Assembly (NCBI GenBank): GCA_963662435.1
Contig: OY759598.1
Span: 1,334,507-1,398,506, forward strand
Length of the DNA stretch: 64,000 nucleotides
Direction: 5' to 3'
From: Dehalococcoidia bacterium
Lineage (GTDB): Bacteria; Chloroflexota; Dehalococcoidia; Lucifugimonadales; VXLM01
The notes beneath the pieces are model-generated. The model saw only the letters and a program-made list of their open reading frames with translations. It made no database searches and was not told where the DNA came from. Positions 47,404 through 57,806 of this stretch are shown here, in pieces. How positions within the stretch are numbered: the stretch's first letter is position 1; every line of letters begins with the position of its first letter. The position numbers and the translations under genes were made by a program.

Positions 47404-49407
47404 GTGCCCGCATTTGAAATCGTTTCGGACTTCAGGCCCACCGGGGATCAACCGGACGCTATCGAACGCCTGGTAAGGGGTTCCGGCAACGACCTGCACC
47501 ACCAGTCCCTCATGGGCGTGACCGGCAGCGGCAAGACCTTCACGATGGCCTGCATCGTCGAGCAGCTCCAGCGTCCCACCCTCGTCCTCGCCCACAACAA
47601 GACCCTCGCCGCCCAGCTCGCAACCGAGTTCAAGGAGTTCTTACCCAAGAACTCCGTCGAGTACTTCGTGAGCTACTACGACTACTACCAGCCCGAGGCC
47701 TACGTTCCACGCACGGACACCTACATCGAGAAGGACGCCGACATCAACGAGCAGCTCGACAAGCTGCGTCACGCAGCCACTCGCTCGCTGCTGACACGGC
47801 GAGACGTGCTCATCGTCGCCTCCGTCTCCTGCATCTTTGGACTTGGTTCGCCCGAGGAGTACCAGAACTTTGTCGCGTCAGTCCGCAAGGGGGAGATACG
47901 AAGCCGGCAACGGCTCATGCGCCAGCTCGTGGACATGCAGTACGACCGCAACGACTTCGACCTCGGTCGGGGCCGCTTCCGCGCGCAAGGCGACACCATA
48001 GAAATACTTCCCGCATACGAGAACGAGGTCGGCATCCGCATCGAGTTTTGGGGCGACGAGATCGACCGCATCATACAGGTCGATCCTCTGACAGGGGAGG
48101 TCCTGGCGGAGCGCGACGAGATCGAGATCTACCCTGCAAAGCATTTCGTTACCTCGGAGGAGAAGCTGCGGCAGGCGATTGAGGACATTGAGAACGAACT
48201 GCAGGAACAGTTGGACCACCTCAGGACTGCGGGCAAGATCCTCGAGGCCCAGCGTCTGGAGTCGCGAACGAATTACGACCTGGAAATGCTCCGCGAGACG
48301 GGCTATTGCGCGGGTGTTGAGAACTACTCCCGTCACCTCGCCCAGCGCACGGCGGGAAGCACGCCATACACCCTGCTCGACTACTTCCCCGACGACTTCC
48401 TGCTCTTCGTCGATGAGTCGCACATGACGCTTCCACAGGTTCGCGCGATGTACGGCGGCGACAAGTCACGCAAGGAAGTGCTGGTCGAATACGGCTTCCG
48501 GCTCCCCTCCGCCCTCGACAACCGACCTCTCAACTTCGGCGAGTTCGAAGAGCGCGTCAATCAGGTCATCTACGTCTCGGCCACGCCGGGCCCCTATGAG
48601 TACGAGCATTCCCAGCAGATGGTGGAGCAGGTGCTGCGTCCGACGGGGCTGACCGACCCGATCGTCGAGGTCAAGCCAACCACCGGCCAGATCGACGACC
48701 TGCTGCACCAGATTCGTGTACGCACCGAGCGTGGACAGCGGTGCCTGGTTACCACACTGACAAAACGCATGGCCGAAGAGCTGGCCGACTACCTCAAGGA
48801 GGCCGGCATCCGGACGCACTATCTCCACTCCGAGGTCGACACGCTCGAACGAAGCGAGATACTGCGCGACCTGCGGCTGGGCGTGTACGACGTGATCGTG
48901 GGCATCAACCTCCTGCGCGAGGGCCTTGACCTGCCGGAGGTGAGTCTCGTGGCGATCTTGGACGCCGACAAAGAGGGGTACCTCCGCTCAAAGACTGCGC
49001 TGATCCAGACCATCGGCAGGGCGGCGCGTCACATTGACGGCAGCGTAATCATGTACGCCGACCGCATAACCGACTCGATGAAGCAGGCCATCGACGAGAC
49101 ATCGCGACGCCGGGTCATGCAGGAGGCGTACAACCAACAGCACGGAATCACGCCCCAAGGGATTCAAAAGACGATCCACGACATTACCGAGCGCGTAAAG
49201 GCAATTGCCGAGACGAAGACCCCTTACGCTGCCCAGGGCGACATACCGAAGGACGATCTCACGCGGCTCGTGAAGGACCTCGAAAAGCAGATGAAGGAGG
49301 CGGCGCAGAACCTCGAATTCGAGAAGGCCGCTCTCCTCCGCGACCAGGTCATAGACCTACGAAAGGTCATAGCCGACGATGTCGTGAAGATAGATAAGTC
49401 GACGTGA
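47404..49407 (+). CDS. uvrB: Excinuclease ABC subunit B
   Basis: [32 protein letters not shown] and a C-terminal UVR domain. Confidence 0.98.
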   Translation: MPAFEIVSDFRPTGDQPDAIERLVRGSGNDLHHQSLMGVTGSGKTFTMACIVEQLQRPTLVLAHNKTLAAQLATEFKEFLPKNSVEYFVSYYDYYQPEAYVPRTDTYIEKDADINEQLDKLRHAATRSLLTRRDVLIVASVSCIFGLGSPEEYQNFVASVRKGEIRSRQRLMRQLVDMQYDRNDFDLGRGRFRAQGDTIEILPAYENEVGIRIEFWGDEIDRIIQVDPLTGEVLAERDEIEIYPAKHFVTSEEKLRQAIEDIENELQEQLDHLRTAGKILEAQRLESRTNYDLEMLRETGYCAGVENYSRHLAQRTAGSTPYTLLDYFPDDFLLFVDESHMTLPQVRAMYGGDKSRKEVLVEYGFRLPSALDNRPLNFGEFEERVNQVIYVSATPGPYEYEHSQQMVEQVLRPTGLTDPIVEVKPTTGQIDDLLHQIRVRTERGQRCLVTTLTKRMAEELADYLKEAGIRTHYLHSEVDTLERSEILRDLRLGVYDVIVGINLLREGLDLPEVSLVAILDADKEGYLRSKTALIQTIGRAARHIDGSVIMYADRITDSMKQAIDETSRRRVMQEAYNQQHGITPQGIQKTIHDITERVKAIAETKTPYAAQGDIPKDDLTRLVKDLEKQMKEAAQNLEFEKAALLRDQVIDLRKVIADDVVKIDKST

Positions 49408-49424
49408 CGGGGACCCTGATTCAT

Positions 49425-49453
49425 TTGACGGCATATTGGCGTCACACTACAAT
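49425..49453 (+). promoter_or_regulatory. Sigma70 promoter TTGACG-17-TACAAT overlapped by palindrome TGACG-N9-CGTCA
   Basis: Directly visible upstream of the DUF59 gene. Confidence 0.65.
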
Positions 49454-49494
49454 AGACTTGATACGCCCTACTTGATACGCCCTATGGGAGGACG

Positions 49495-49818
49495 ATGATG
49501 GCAGAAGCGGCAGCGACCCTAACCAAAGAAGAAGTAATTGAGGCCCTGAAGGATGTATACGACCCGGAGATCCCGGTCAACGTCGTCGACCTCGGTCTGA
49601 TTTACGACTGCGAGGTGCAGGACGGCGGCACGGTCGATATCAAGATGACCCTCACATTTCCCGGCTGCGGCATGGGGCCATACATCGCCCAGCAGGCCGA
49701 GTGGCGCATCGCCGAAATCGACGCCGTCGAGGACGTGAACGTCGAGATGGTCTTTGAGCCGCCCTGGAGCCCGGACCTCATTACCGAGGACGGCAAGCTC
49801 CAACTCGGTCTCGACTGA
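49495..49818 (+). CDS. Fe-S cluster assembly protein, DUF59/SufT/PaaD-like
   Basis: VYDPEIPVNVVDLGLIY, MTLTFPGC and PPWSP. Confidence 0.92.
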   Translation: MMAEAAATLTKEEVIEALKDVYDPEIPVNVVDLGLIYDCEVQDGGTVDIKMTLTFPGCGMGPYIAQQAEWRIAEIDAVEDVNVEMVFEPPWSPDLITEDGKLQLGLD

Positions 49819-49855
49819 ACGAATTCTCAATCAGCCGAACGATAGAATTGATTTG

Positions 49856-49981
49856 TAGAGACGCCTCTCAAGGCGTCTCTTCGACTGTCAGAAGATGACA
49901 AGAACGCAAGAATCTGTACAAGCCGTTCAACTTGAGCCTGTCGAAGGGCGGTTCATGGTTCGACAAGCTCACCACGAACGG
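49856..49981. repeat. Cluster of REP-like palindromes (GTAGAGACGCC..GGCGTCTCT and a TGAGCCTGTCGAAGGG / TTCGACAAGCTCA doublet)
   Basis: The doublet closely matches the cargo of the MITE at 37224-37324. Confidence 0.7.
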
Positions 49982-50001
49982 TCCACCTGGAGACAACTCT
50001 T

Positions 50002-50856
50002 ATGACCCAGTCCCATCAAGGGCACAGCCACGGCGGCGGTCCCCCGGACGCCAATCAGGCAGCCCAGGCGCGCGCCCGGATCGAGGGGATGAAGCGCCAG
50101 TTCGAGCAGAAGAAGGCCATCGCCGACAGCCTCTCTGAGATCAGGCATAAGATCGGCGTCTACAGCGGCAAGGGCGGCGTCGGAAAGACCACGGTCGCCG
50201 TGAACCTCGCCGTCACGCTCGCCCAGCAGGGCGCTAAGGTAGGGATTCTCGACGTCGACATCGACTGTCCCAATGTGATCCGCGCCATGCGCGTCTCGGA
50301 GCCGCCGACGGTGGGTGAAACGAATCGCATGATCCCCCCTGAGCAATTCGGTGTGAGCGTCATGTCGATGGGCTTTTTCCAGCAGAACGAGAACGAGGCA
50401 ACAATCTGGCGCGGGCCCATGATCCACAACGCCATCAACCAGATCCTCCAGACTACCATCTGGGGCACCCTCGACTACCTCATCATGGACCTCCCGCCCG
50501 GGACCTCGGACGCGCCCCTGACGATCATGCAGGCGCTGACCATCGACGGGTTCGTCGTTGTCACCACTCCGCAGGACCTCGCAAAGGTGGACGCCACCCG
50601 CTCCATCAACATGATCAAGACGATGCGTGTGGATGTTCTCGGCGTCGTGGAGAACTTCTCCGGCGACATCTTCGGTTCCGGCGCCGGTGAGGAGCTGGCA
50701 CAGGAGCTCGATCTCGCATTCCTCGGCAGGACCGAGATGAGGTCGGACTACAAGGACGTCTCCCGGCCGACCGTGCTGACCAGCAAGGCAGTCCGCAACG
50801 AGTACCGCCGCATAGCAGAATCTATGGAGGAGGCGATCAGCAGCCTGGCGGCCTAG
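50002..50856 (+). CDS. Mrp/ApbC/NBP35 family P-loop ATPase
   Basis: SGKGGVGKT, WRGPM, DLPPGTSD, VTTPQ and GVVENFS. Confidence 0.92.
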   Translation: MTQSHQGHSHGGGPPDANQAAQARARIEGMKRQFEQKKAIADSLSEIRHKIGVYSGKGGVGKTTVAVNLAVTLAQQGAKVGILDVDIDCPNVIRAMRVSEPPTVGETNRMIPPEQFGVSVMSMGFFQQNENEATIWRGPMIHNAINQILQTTIWGTLDYLIMDLPPGTSDAPLTIMQALTIDGFVVVTTPQDLAKVDATRSINMIKTMRVDVLGVVENFSGDIFGSGAGEELAQELDLAFLGRTEMRSDYKDVSRPTVLTSKAVRNEYRRIAESMEEAISSLAA

Positions 50857-50980
50857 TACCGTTTCAATCTGAATGTGACGAACAGCCAGATGCCGATCTA
50901 TCCCCTCTCCCGCCGTGGGAGAGGGCTAGGGTGAGGGTTCTCTTTGGTGGTGGACCAGAATCTAATGGAACCGCTACTAG
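50853..50980. mobile_element. CTAG-flanked MITE-like element with REP-like cargo
   Basis: CTAG at 50853 (includes the mrp stop codon) and at 50977. Imperfect inverted ends gtaccgtttcaatc / aatggaaccgctac. Confidence 0.7.
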
Positions 50981-50984
50981 GCTC

Positions 50985-51947
50985 CTACCCCACCGACTGA
51001 TAGACCTCGTCGAGCCAGACGACCATCTCCGCTGTGGCGTCGTTGCTGGGGCCTTCCGTTCCGACGGACGCCCACCAACCTTCGGACGTCTGCTGCTCAA
51101 CGATGTTGTTCCCGATGTTGATGGCCATATCCCGGTACTTCTGCTCGCCGCTGAGGGTGTAGAGTACCGACGATGCCCAGGCGACCTTCCCCGCGCGGAG
51201 CAGCCTCAGGAGGTTGTCGGTCGCGGTCTCCGCGAAGAGCATGTACCGCTTGGCGAGCTCCAGCCACTGCGTCTCGCCGGTGGACTGGTAGAGCCGCGCC
51301 AGAAAGCCGCCCGCAATGCCGGGATGGAAGAAGTACTGGTCGCCCTCCTCGGCGTTCACCAGGATGTACCGGATGGGGTCCGACGGGTCAACATCGGTGA
51401 CAAGACCGTCGCCCGGAGTCATGACCGTGTACATGACCTCCGGGTAGTTCGGCTGCTCGTCCATCATCCGCTGCATCCACCTGCCTACGCCCCTCGCCAC
51501 GTCGAGGCGGCTCGCATACAGGGCGGCCTGCCCGCAGCCGCTGACGACCCACAGGTCCTGCTTGGTCGTCGTACTCCGCTCCGTACGGCTCGAATAGAAT
51601 CCGCCGCTCTCCTCGTCGTAGAAGTCCATCAGGAAGTCCATACCGCGCTGAGCGAGATCGAACTGCCCAAGTCGCTGAGCGCCGAGGATCACCCAGATGT
51701 TGAAGTAGGCGTAGAAGTATCCCGACGTGAAGTCGGTGCGCGGTCCGAAGTCGCCGTCCGGGCCCATGCCGTTTCTACGTATCCAGGAGCACAGGCGATT
51801 CGCGGCATTCGTCTGACCGCAGACCTGCAGGGCCGCGGGCACCTTGTAATAATCACCTACGGTGCCGTCACCGAAACTGCCGTCATCACGGAGTTGGCTG
51901 AGCAGGTACCTGCAACCCGCGTCCCTGGCATCTCTGTATACGCTCAT
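50985..51947 (-). CDS. Hypothetical alpha/alpha-toroid protein (prenyltransferase/squalene-cyclase-repeat-like)
   Basis: QW-like repeats LLSQLRDDGSF, DEESGGF and QQTSEGWW. Confidence 0.6.
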   Translation of the reverse strand: MSVYRDARDAGCRYLLSQLRDDGSFGDGTVGDYYKVPAALQVCGQTNAANRLCSWIRRNGMGPDGDFGPRTDFTSGYFYAYFNIWVILGAQRLGQFDLAQRGMDFLMDFYDEESGGFYSSRTERSTTTKQDLWVVSGCGQAALYASRLDVARGVGRWMQRMMDEQPNYPEVMYTVMTPGDGLVTDVDPSDPIRYILVNAEEGDQYFFHPGIAGGFLARLYQSTGETQWLELAKRYMLFAETATDNLLRLLRAGKVAWASSVLYTLSGEQKYRDMAINIGNNIVEQQTSEGWWASVGTEGPSNDATAEMVVWLDEVYQSVG

Positions 51948-51973
51948 AGTGCCCTCGACTCGAACTCGGCTCC

Positions 51974-53017
51974 CTATTCCGGCGGGTAGTCCATCACCAG
52001 CCAGATATTGTCGACCATTGGTTGAAGCACGCCCGACTCGACCTTGTCCGTTAGTTCGACAATGGCTTCATTGAAGGTTGTCCGGACGCCCGCCTCTTTG
52101 CCCTTCTGGATGACGTAGCCGTTGAGGTAGTCGATTTCCGTCCGCCGACCCTTGGCGAGGTCTTGCGCCAATGAAGGGCGGCCGGTGCCGATCTTGTGGG
52201 CGTCCTCCGCCAGTTTGCGTGCGACCTCCGCACGAACGGCCGGGTCGGTGCGCGCCTCGACGAAGTCCAGCGCGGGCACCGATCCGATATTTTCGATTGC
52301 CACCCCGTGCGCCGTCCCAACCGCCACTACTTCGGCGGCAAGCAGCATGGAGAGATCGAGGGTCACAGGATTCAGCCTCATGCCTGCCGATGACTGCCCT
52401 GTTATGCCGCACACCGAGTTCGCCATGCTGTTTGTGACGATCTTCGCCCACCGTTCTCCCAGCAGATTCGTCGTGGTCGCGACCTCGCCGCAGTCTTCGA
52501 GTATCTCGCCCAACATGTCGAGGCGAGGTGAGTTCACGTTGGTGGGGTCGCCCAGGGCGAAGGAGCGTCTGCCCCTCTCCTTGCTGGTCCGTTCCACGTG
52601 GCCAGGACCAACGGTGGTCGCGCCGATGGTGACGATGCAACCGATAACGCGGTCCCATCCCACGATTCCGGCGATGATGTCCTCGTTAATACCGTTCTGC
52701 GCCGAGACGATCACCCCTCCGGGCGCCAGATGCGGCTCCACGAGCGTGGTTACCCAAGCCGTATCGTACGACTTGACCGAGACGAAGATCACGTCGTACT
52801 GGTTCGTCGTCGCCGAAAGCTCACCGATGTGCATAGCATTGGGATGGGCGGTGAAGGCACCCTCCATCGTGGTGACGGTCAGGCCGTCCGACTTGATCTT
52901 GTCGATATGAGCGGGCCAAGCGTCCACGACAGTTACGTCGCGTCCTGCCCTCGAGAGATAGCCCGCGAGCGTACCACCGATGGCGCCCGCTCCCATGAAC
53001 ATGATTTTCTTCGTCAT
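51974..53017 (-). CDS. Ketopantoate reductase (PanE/ApbA) family protein
   Basis: GAGAIG, VKSYD, QNGI, WAKIVTN and SLAQD..RTEIDYLNG. Confidence 0.9.
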   Translation of the reverse strand: MTKKIMFMGAGAIGGTLAGYLSRAGRDVTVVDAWPAHIDKIKSDGLTVTTMEGAFTAHPNAMHIGELSATTNQYDVIFVSVKSYDTAWVTTLVEPHLAPGGVIVSAQNGINEDIIAGIVGWDRVIGCIVTIGATTVGPGHVERTSKERGRRSFALGDPTNVNSPRLDMLGEILEDCGEVATTTNLLGERWAKIVTNSMANSVCGITGQSSAGMRLNPVTLDLSMLLAAEVVAVGTAHGVAIENIGSVPALDFVEARTDPAVRAEVARKLAEDAHKIGTGRPSLAQDLAKGRRTEIDYLNGYVIQKGKEAGVRTTFNEAIVELTDKVESGVLQPMVDNIWLVMDYPPE

Positions 53018-53213
53018 CTATTTGGTGCTGCTCCTATGAACGTAGTAGCTTGCTTCCCCCTCGACACGAAGAACTAATGGCAGTCGTCGATAGTGGAGGT
53101 GGAAGACTAGCGGTCACAATCTCAACTTATCCGGACAGTAGTTGTCAAGGTCGATGGGGTCGCGCCGGGGTCAGCGAATGCCACCGCTATTGCATATGCC
53201 CGACATTACGGAA

Positions 53214-54401
53214 TCACTGGTGCCCCATGCCTTCGTATGGATGTTCCCCTTCTAGTGGGTCGCCTTCTACAAAGCGGCTGGCGCGGAAGTCGCGGATTGG
53301 GTGATCTTCGCTTTCGCCGTGGAGGACGAGTTCCGCCACCATCCGGCCAACTACGGGCGAAAGCTTGAACCCGTGGCCGCTGAATCCCACGGCCCAGTGC
53401 AGACCTTCGACGACCGCCGACCTGTCCAAGATCGGGTTGCCGTCGGGTGCCATATCGTAAATCGAGCCGTATCCTCCCATGGGTGTTGCCGCTGCGAATT
53501 CCGGGATGCGGGAATTTGCCCGGTCCCAGTATCTGGTGATCGTGTCGTGATCGGCGTTAAGGGCGAACCCATCCGGGTTCACGACCTCGCTCAGGTCTTT
53601 CTTCGACTCGCCGCCCACCAAGCTCTTGTACCCCGCATTCATCCGAACGTACATGCCGGTTGTGTAGTCGATCACGATGGTGGTAAGAGACTCCAGCGAC
53701 GGCGGGCGTCGCAGGTGCACCATCTGCACCCGGATCGGTGTAATTGGCAGCGGTTCGCCGAGCGGTACGGCCAGCTTGTTGCTCCAGGGTCCCGTCGCCG
53801 CCACGACGGTGTTCGTCTCGATCAACCCGTCTTCGGTCTGCACACCGACTACCCGACCTCCGGCAACCCTGATGCTCTCAACCGCGCATTCCGTCCGGAT
53901 AGCCGCGCCACGACTTTGGGCCTGTTCGGCGAATGCGTAGGTCGTTGCCATGGGATCGGCGTGCCCGGCGTTCGGCTCGTATACACCCAGGACGATGCCG
54001 TCGAGATGAACTTGGGGAACTATTTCGGTGATCTCAGCGGGTGTGAGGGTATGGATGTTCACGCCGAGCTCACGGTTCATCTCCACGTTTGCTCGCGCGG
54101 CCTGCTCGTCCTGCTCACCGAAGAGCAGCAGCCTGCCCGTCTCCGTAAACCCAGCGTCCCCGCCAATTGTGTCCTCGAAGTTACGGAATACCTGCGCAGC
54201 CTCCGCCGCCATCTTTACCAGCGTCGGGTGGAGGTAGTGTTCGCGCACCATGGACCCGGAACGTCCGGTGGCGCCACTGGCCAGGTGACCCCTTTCGATC
54301 AACTGGACTTTCCCCGCTCCCATGCGGGCCAGGTGCATGGCTATGCTCGTGCCGTTGACGCCGCCGCCAATGACGACCACATCTGCTGAGCTATTGGGCA
54401 T
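53214..54401 (-). CDS. FAD-dependent oxidoreductase (DAO / sarcosine oxidase beta-like)
   Basis: GGGVNG, GATGRS, YDMAPDGNPI and GFSGHGFKLSP. Confidence 0.92.
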   Translation of the reverse strand: MPNSSADVVVIGGGVNGTSIAMHLARMGAGKVQLIERGHLASGATGRSGSMVREHYLHPTLVKMAAEAAQVFRNFEDTIGGDAGFTETGRLLLFGEQDEQAARANVEMNRELGVNIHTLTPAEITEIVPQVHLDGIVLGVYEPNAGHADPMATTYAFAEQAQSRGAAIRTECAVESIRVAGGRVVGVQTEDGLIETNTVVAATGPWSNKLAVPLGEPLPITPIRVQMVHLRRPPSLESLTTIVIDYTTGMYVRMNAGYKSLVGGESKKDLSEVVNPDGFALNADHDTITRYWDRANSRIPEFAAATPMGGYGSIYDMAPDGNPILDRSAVVEGLHWAVGFSGHGFKLSPVVGRMVAELVLHGESEDHPIRDFRASRFVEGDPLEGEHPYEGMGHQ

Positions 54402-54472
54402 GCTTCACTCTCTCAGGGTGCAGGCCACGGGGTTTCCATACAATATTGGCAGCGTCTTCTACGTGACGAGCT

Positions 54473-55366
54473 TTACCAAATCTCGCCCTTGGCGTAGAGT
54501 TTTTCCGCAGGACCAATCAGCTTCGGGTCGGGCTTAGCAACTCTGCTCTCCACGTCGTTGTCGGATTCTACGCTGCGCAACACGTAACGCATGCATGCCA
54601 GGCGGGCGCGCTTTTTGTCATCGGACTTTACGACGACCCAAGGCGACGCCTTCGTATCGGTGGCGGCGAACATCGCCTTCTTCGCCTCCGTGTAATCGTC
54701 CCACCGGGGCAATGACCGAACATCGACGTCGCTCACCTTCCACTGCTTGAGCTCGTCTTTAGCGCGGGAGATGACACGCCTGAGCTGCTCCTCCCGGCTC
54801 ACGGAAAACCAGAACTTGTATATCTGCATGCCTTCGTTGATGAGCATTTCCTCGAACATGACGGTGTCTCTGAGAAAGCGCAGGGTCTCTGCCGGAGTGC
54901 AGAATCCCATTACCGGCTCTACCACTGCCCTGTTGTACCAGGAGCGGTCAAAGAACACCATCTCCCCTTTGGTGGGGAGGTGCTCGACGTACCGCTGAAA
55001 ATACCACTGCCCTCGCTCCCTATCGGAGGGTGCAGGAAGAGCCACGATCGAGGCGTCTCTGGGATTAAGGTGTTCCATGAAACGTTGAATCGTCCCGCCC
55101 TTGCCCGCGGCGTCCCGGCCCTCAAATAGAAAAACGATGCGCTGGCCGGATTCCTTGACCCACTTCTGCATCTTGAGCAATTCAATCTGCAGCTTGGCCT
55201 TGTCGGACTCGTACTTCCTCGTTGACAGCTTTGTTGGATAGGGGTATGTATCGCTGATGATCTCCCCGGGCAGGGCGGCCTCAACCTTGCGCAGAATCTT
55301 CGGAGGGATGCCGTGCGTTGGGACGACTGACGAGGAGGGTACTTCCGCCGTAGTGAGATTGGTCAT
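54473..55366 (-). CDS. ppk2: Polyphosphate kinase 2
   Basis: FEGRDAAGKGG, WYFQRY, FDRSWYNR and DDKKRAR. Confidence 0.96.
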   Translation of the reverse strand: MTNLTTAEVPSSSVVPTHGIPPKILRKVEAALPGEIISDTYPYPTKLSTRKYESDKAKLQIELLKMQKWVKESGQRIVFLFEGRDAAGKGGTIQRFMEHLNPRDASIVALPAPSDRERGQWYFQRYVEHLPTKGEMVFFDRSWYNRAVVEPVMGFCTPAETLRFLRDTVMFEEMLINEGMQIYKFWFSVSREEQLRRVISRAKDELKQWKVSDVDVRSLPRWDDYTEAKKAMFAATDTKASPWVVVKSDDKKRARLACMRYVLRSVESDNDVESRVAKPDPKLIGPAEKLYAKGEIW

Positions 55367-55601
55367 GGCAACACCTTACAGGGGAGGGAGTGAACTTTCA
55401 AATCCGCTTGTATGGGCATTCAGATTCTTCAGAATTCAACGAATAGTATTGGGCAGATGGCGGCCATGATAAGGAGGGGCAGCAAGTCCAGTCAACCCAC
55501 GGCCTTGAATCTTGACCAGGACCCTCACGAATACGCCTGCCTCTTGCCGGGCTGTCGAACCGCTAGCGCCGTGCCTCAATCATGGGATATCATAGTACCC
55601 A

Positions 55602-55869
55602 GGTCGTGCTAGGCGGGGCACTGGCGGAGCCTTGAACCCGCAATCCGCCATAGCGGGGCTGAAGTCCTCCCTGAGGTCGAAGCTCGTGGCCTCTGTCCCT
55701 GGCAGGGGGTGTTGAGAGCCGGGTCCCACGCGGCGGATGCCTGTGAACCCCGTCAGGTCCGGAAGGAAGCAGCGGTAAGCAGTGAAGATCCGGGCGCCGT
55801 GGGAGTGCCTAGCTTGAGCCTGCTCCAGGTGTCATGTCCCGAGTGGAGATCGAAGGAAGGTGCGCGACC
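55602..55869 (+). ncRNA. ffs: Signal recognition particle RNA, large bacterial type with Alu domain
   Basis: Helix-8 motif gtcaggtccggaaggaagcagc, a Bacillus-like 5' cgtgctaggcgggg...gcaatccgc, and pairing termini ggtcgtgc / gcgcgacc. Confidence 0.93.
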
Positions 55870-55901
55870 AACCCCACACAGCTCGCGCGGCGACGTCAAG
55901 C

Positions 55902-56738
55902 GTGACGAAGTTGCATGCGGACGCCGCCGCGACCTCTGAACCCGCCGCAAGGGCGAAGAAGTCGCTCGGCCAGAACTTTCTCGTGGACGGTCGAGTCCGC
56001 GCGACGATCACAAAAGCGGCAGACATTTCGTCGCAGGACACGATCGTGGAGATTGGTCCGGGTCGAGGGTTCCTCACGAAAGCGCTGGCTGAACGAGCCG
56101 GACGAGTTGTCGCCGTCGAGTTGGACAATGGACTCGTTCCTCGGCTTCGCGAGTCGTTCGCATTATCACACAATGTCGAGATAGTACATGGCGACGCACG
56201 AACCATCGACATCGACTCCCTTCTGGGAGCGGCAAGGGAGTACAAGGTCGTCGCCAATCTCCCCTACTATGCCGCGACTCCAATCGTTCGACGGTTCTTG
56301 GAGGACGAGCACAGGCCGACGACGCTGGTAGTAATGGTGCAGCGCGAGGTCGGTCAGGAGATGACCGCATCTCCCGGCAAGATGGGCATTCTCTCCGTTG
56401 CAACGCAGGTGTACGGCAGACCACGCATCGTAGCAACAGTCCCACCAAAGGCGTTTCGGCCATCGCCGAACGTGACTTCGGCAGTCCTTCGCATCGACAC
56501 CTTTGACGAACCTGCCGTGGCATTTGACAGAGCCGATAGGTTCTTTACGCTCGTGAGGGCGGGATTCAGCGCCCGACGCAAGCAGCTCCACAACAGCCTG
56601 AGGAACGGCCTCGACATGGAGCCTGATGCCGTATTGACGATGTTAAGTGACGCCGGAATTTCGCCCACCCGACGAGCCCAGACGCTGAGCATCGAGGAAT
56701 GGAGAGACCTGTACCACGAGTACGCTTCCACGCTTTGA
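55902..56738 (+). CDS. rsmA: 16S rRNA m6,2A dimethyltransferase
   Basis: KKSLGQNFL, EIGPGRG, ANLPYY, MVQREV and RRKQL. Confidence 0.96.
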   Translation: MTKLHADAAATSEPAARAKKSLGQNFLVDGRVRATITKAADISSQDTIVEIGPGRGFLTKALAERAGRVVAVELDNGLVPRLRESFALSHNVEIVHGDARTIDIDSLLGAAREYKVVANLPYYAATPIVRRFLEDEHRPTTLVVMVQREVGQEMTASPGKMGILSVATQVYGRPRIVATVPPKAFRPSPNVTSAVLRIDTFDEPAVAFDRADRFFTLVRAGFSARRKQLHNSLRNGLDMEPDAVLTMLSDAGISPTRRAQTLSIEEWRDLYHEYASTL

Positions 56739-56789
56739 TATACTCTGCCCTCGAATCAACGGTTACTTTCCTGGAGCATAAGGGTTTAC

Positions 56790-57758
56790 ATGCGACTTGG
56801 GCTTGATATCAGGGGCGGAGTGGACGACGAGCAGTTGACGTTCGGGGCGCAGCTTGGGGCGACCGACGCGATCGGCGGGGACGCCTGTATGCCGTCGAAC
56901 AGCGGGTACTTCGAGTTCCTGGAGCTTGTGGTGTTCAGGCAGCGCGTCGAGAGCGCGGGCATGCGGCTGTTTGCCATAGAGAACATGCCGTGGGAGTGGA
57001 CTGACAAGATCAAGCTGGGCCTGCCCGGTCGCGACGAGCAGATCGACAAGTTTTGTACAAGCCTCCGCAACATGGGGGCAGCGGGAATACCCGCCATTGG
57101 CTACAACTTTCGTCCGCCGACCGTGACGGGGTACGGCGTTCGAACCTCGCAGAGCGCGCCAGGACGCGGCGGAGCGAAGCAGACGGCCTTCGACTACGAC
57201 CTCATAAAGGACCACCCCTTCGGTGACTATGGCGAGGTGTCCGCCGAGCGGATGTGGGGCAACCTGGAGTACTTCCTCAAGGCCGTGGTGCCCGTCGCCG
57301 AGGAGGCGGGCGTGCGAATGGCCGTCCACCCGGACGACCCACCGGCGCAGTCGATTGGCGGCGTGGCGCGCATCCTCAACAGCTTCGAGGGCCTCAAACG
57401 CCTGACGCAGATCGTGGACAGCGAGTACAACGCGCTGGACTTCTGCCAAGGTTCGATGGCCGTGCAGCAAGGCGACCTCCACGAGGCGATCCGCTATTTC
57501 GGAGGCCGCAACCGGATCGTGTACGTCCACTTCCGCAACGTCACGGGGCGGTTCCCCAAGTTCTCGGAGTCGTTTATCGACGAAGGCTACGTGGACATGG
57601 CCGATGTCGTCAGAGTGTACAAGGAGGTTGGATTCAGTGGGCCGGTCATCGAAGACCACGTTCCCATGATGACCGGAGACGATGCGAACAAATACCGCGC
57701 CCGCGCACACGCGATGGGGTACACGAAGGCTTTGATCGACACAATCTACGGGCGCTAG
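56790..57758 (+). CDS. Mannonate dehydratase (UxuA) family protein
   Basis: IKLGLPGRDEQI, VHPDDPP, FCQGS, HFRNV and EDHVP. Confidence 0.88.
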   Translation: MRLGLDIRGGVDDEQLTFGAQLGATDAIGGDACMPSNSGYFEFLELVVFRQRVESAGMRLFAIENMPWEWTDKIKLGLPGRDEQIDKFCTSLRNMGAAGIPAIGYNFRPPTVTGYGVRTSQSAPGRGGAKQTAFDYDLIKDHPFGDYGEVSAERMWGNLEYFLKAVVPVAEEAGVRMAVHPDDPPAQSIGGVARILNSFEGLKRLTQIVDSEYNALDFCQGSMAVQQGDLHEAIRYFGGRNRIVYVHFRNVTGRFPKFSESFIDEGYVDMADVVRVYKEVGFSGPVIEDHVPMMTGDDANKYRARAHAMGYTKALIDTIYGR

Positions 57759-57806
57759 CTCCCAGGATACCGAAGGGCAAGGACACGTCCATACGAGGAG
57801 AGCGAG

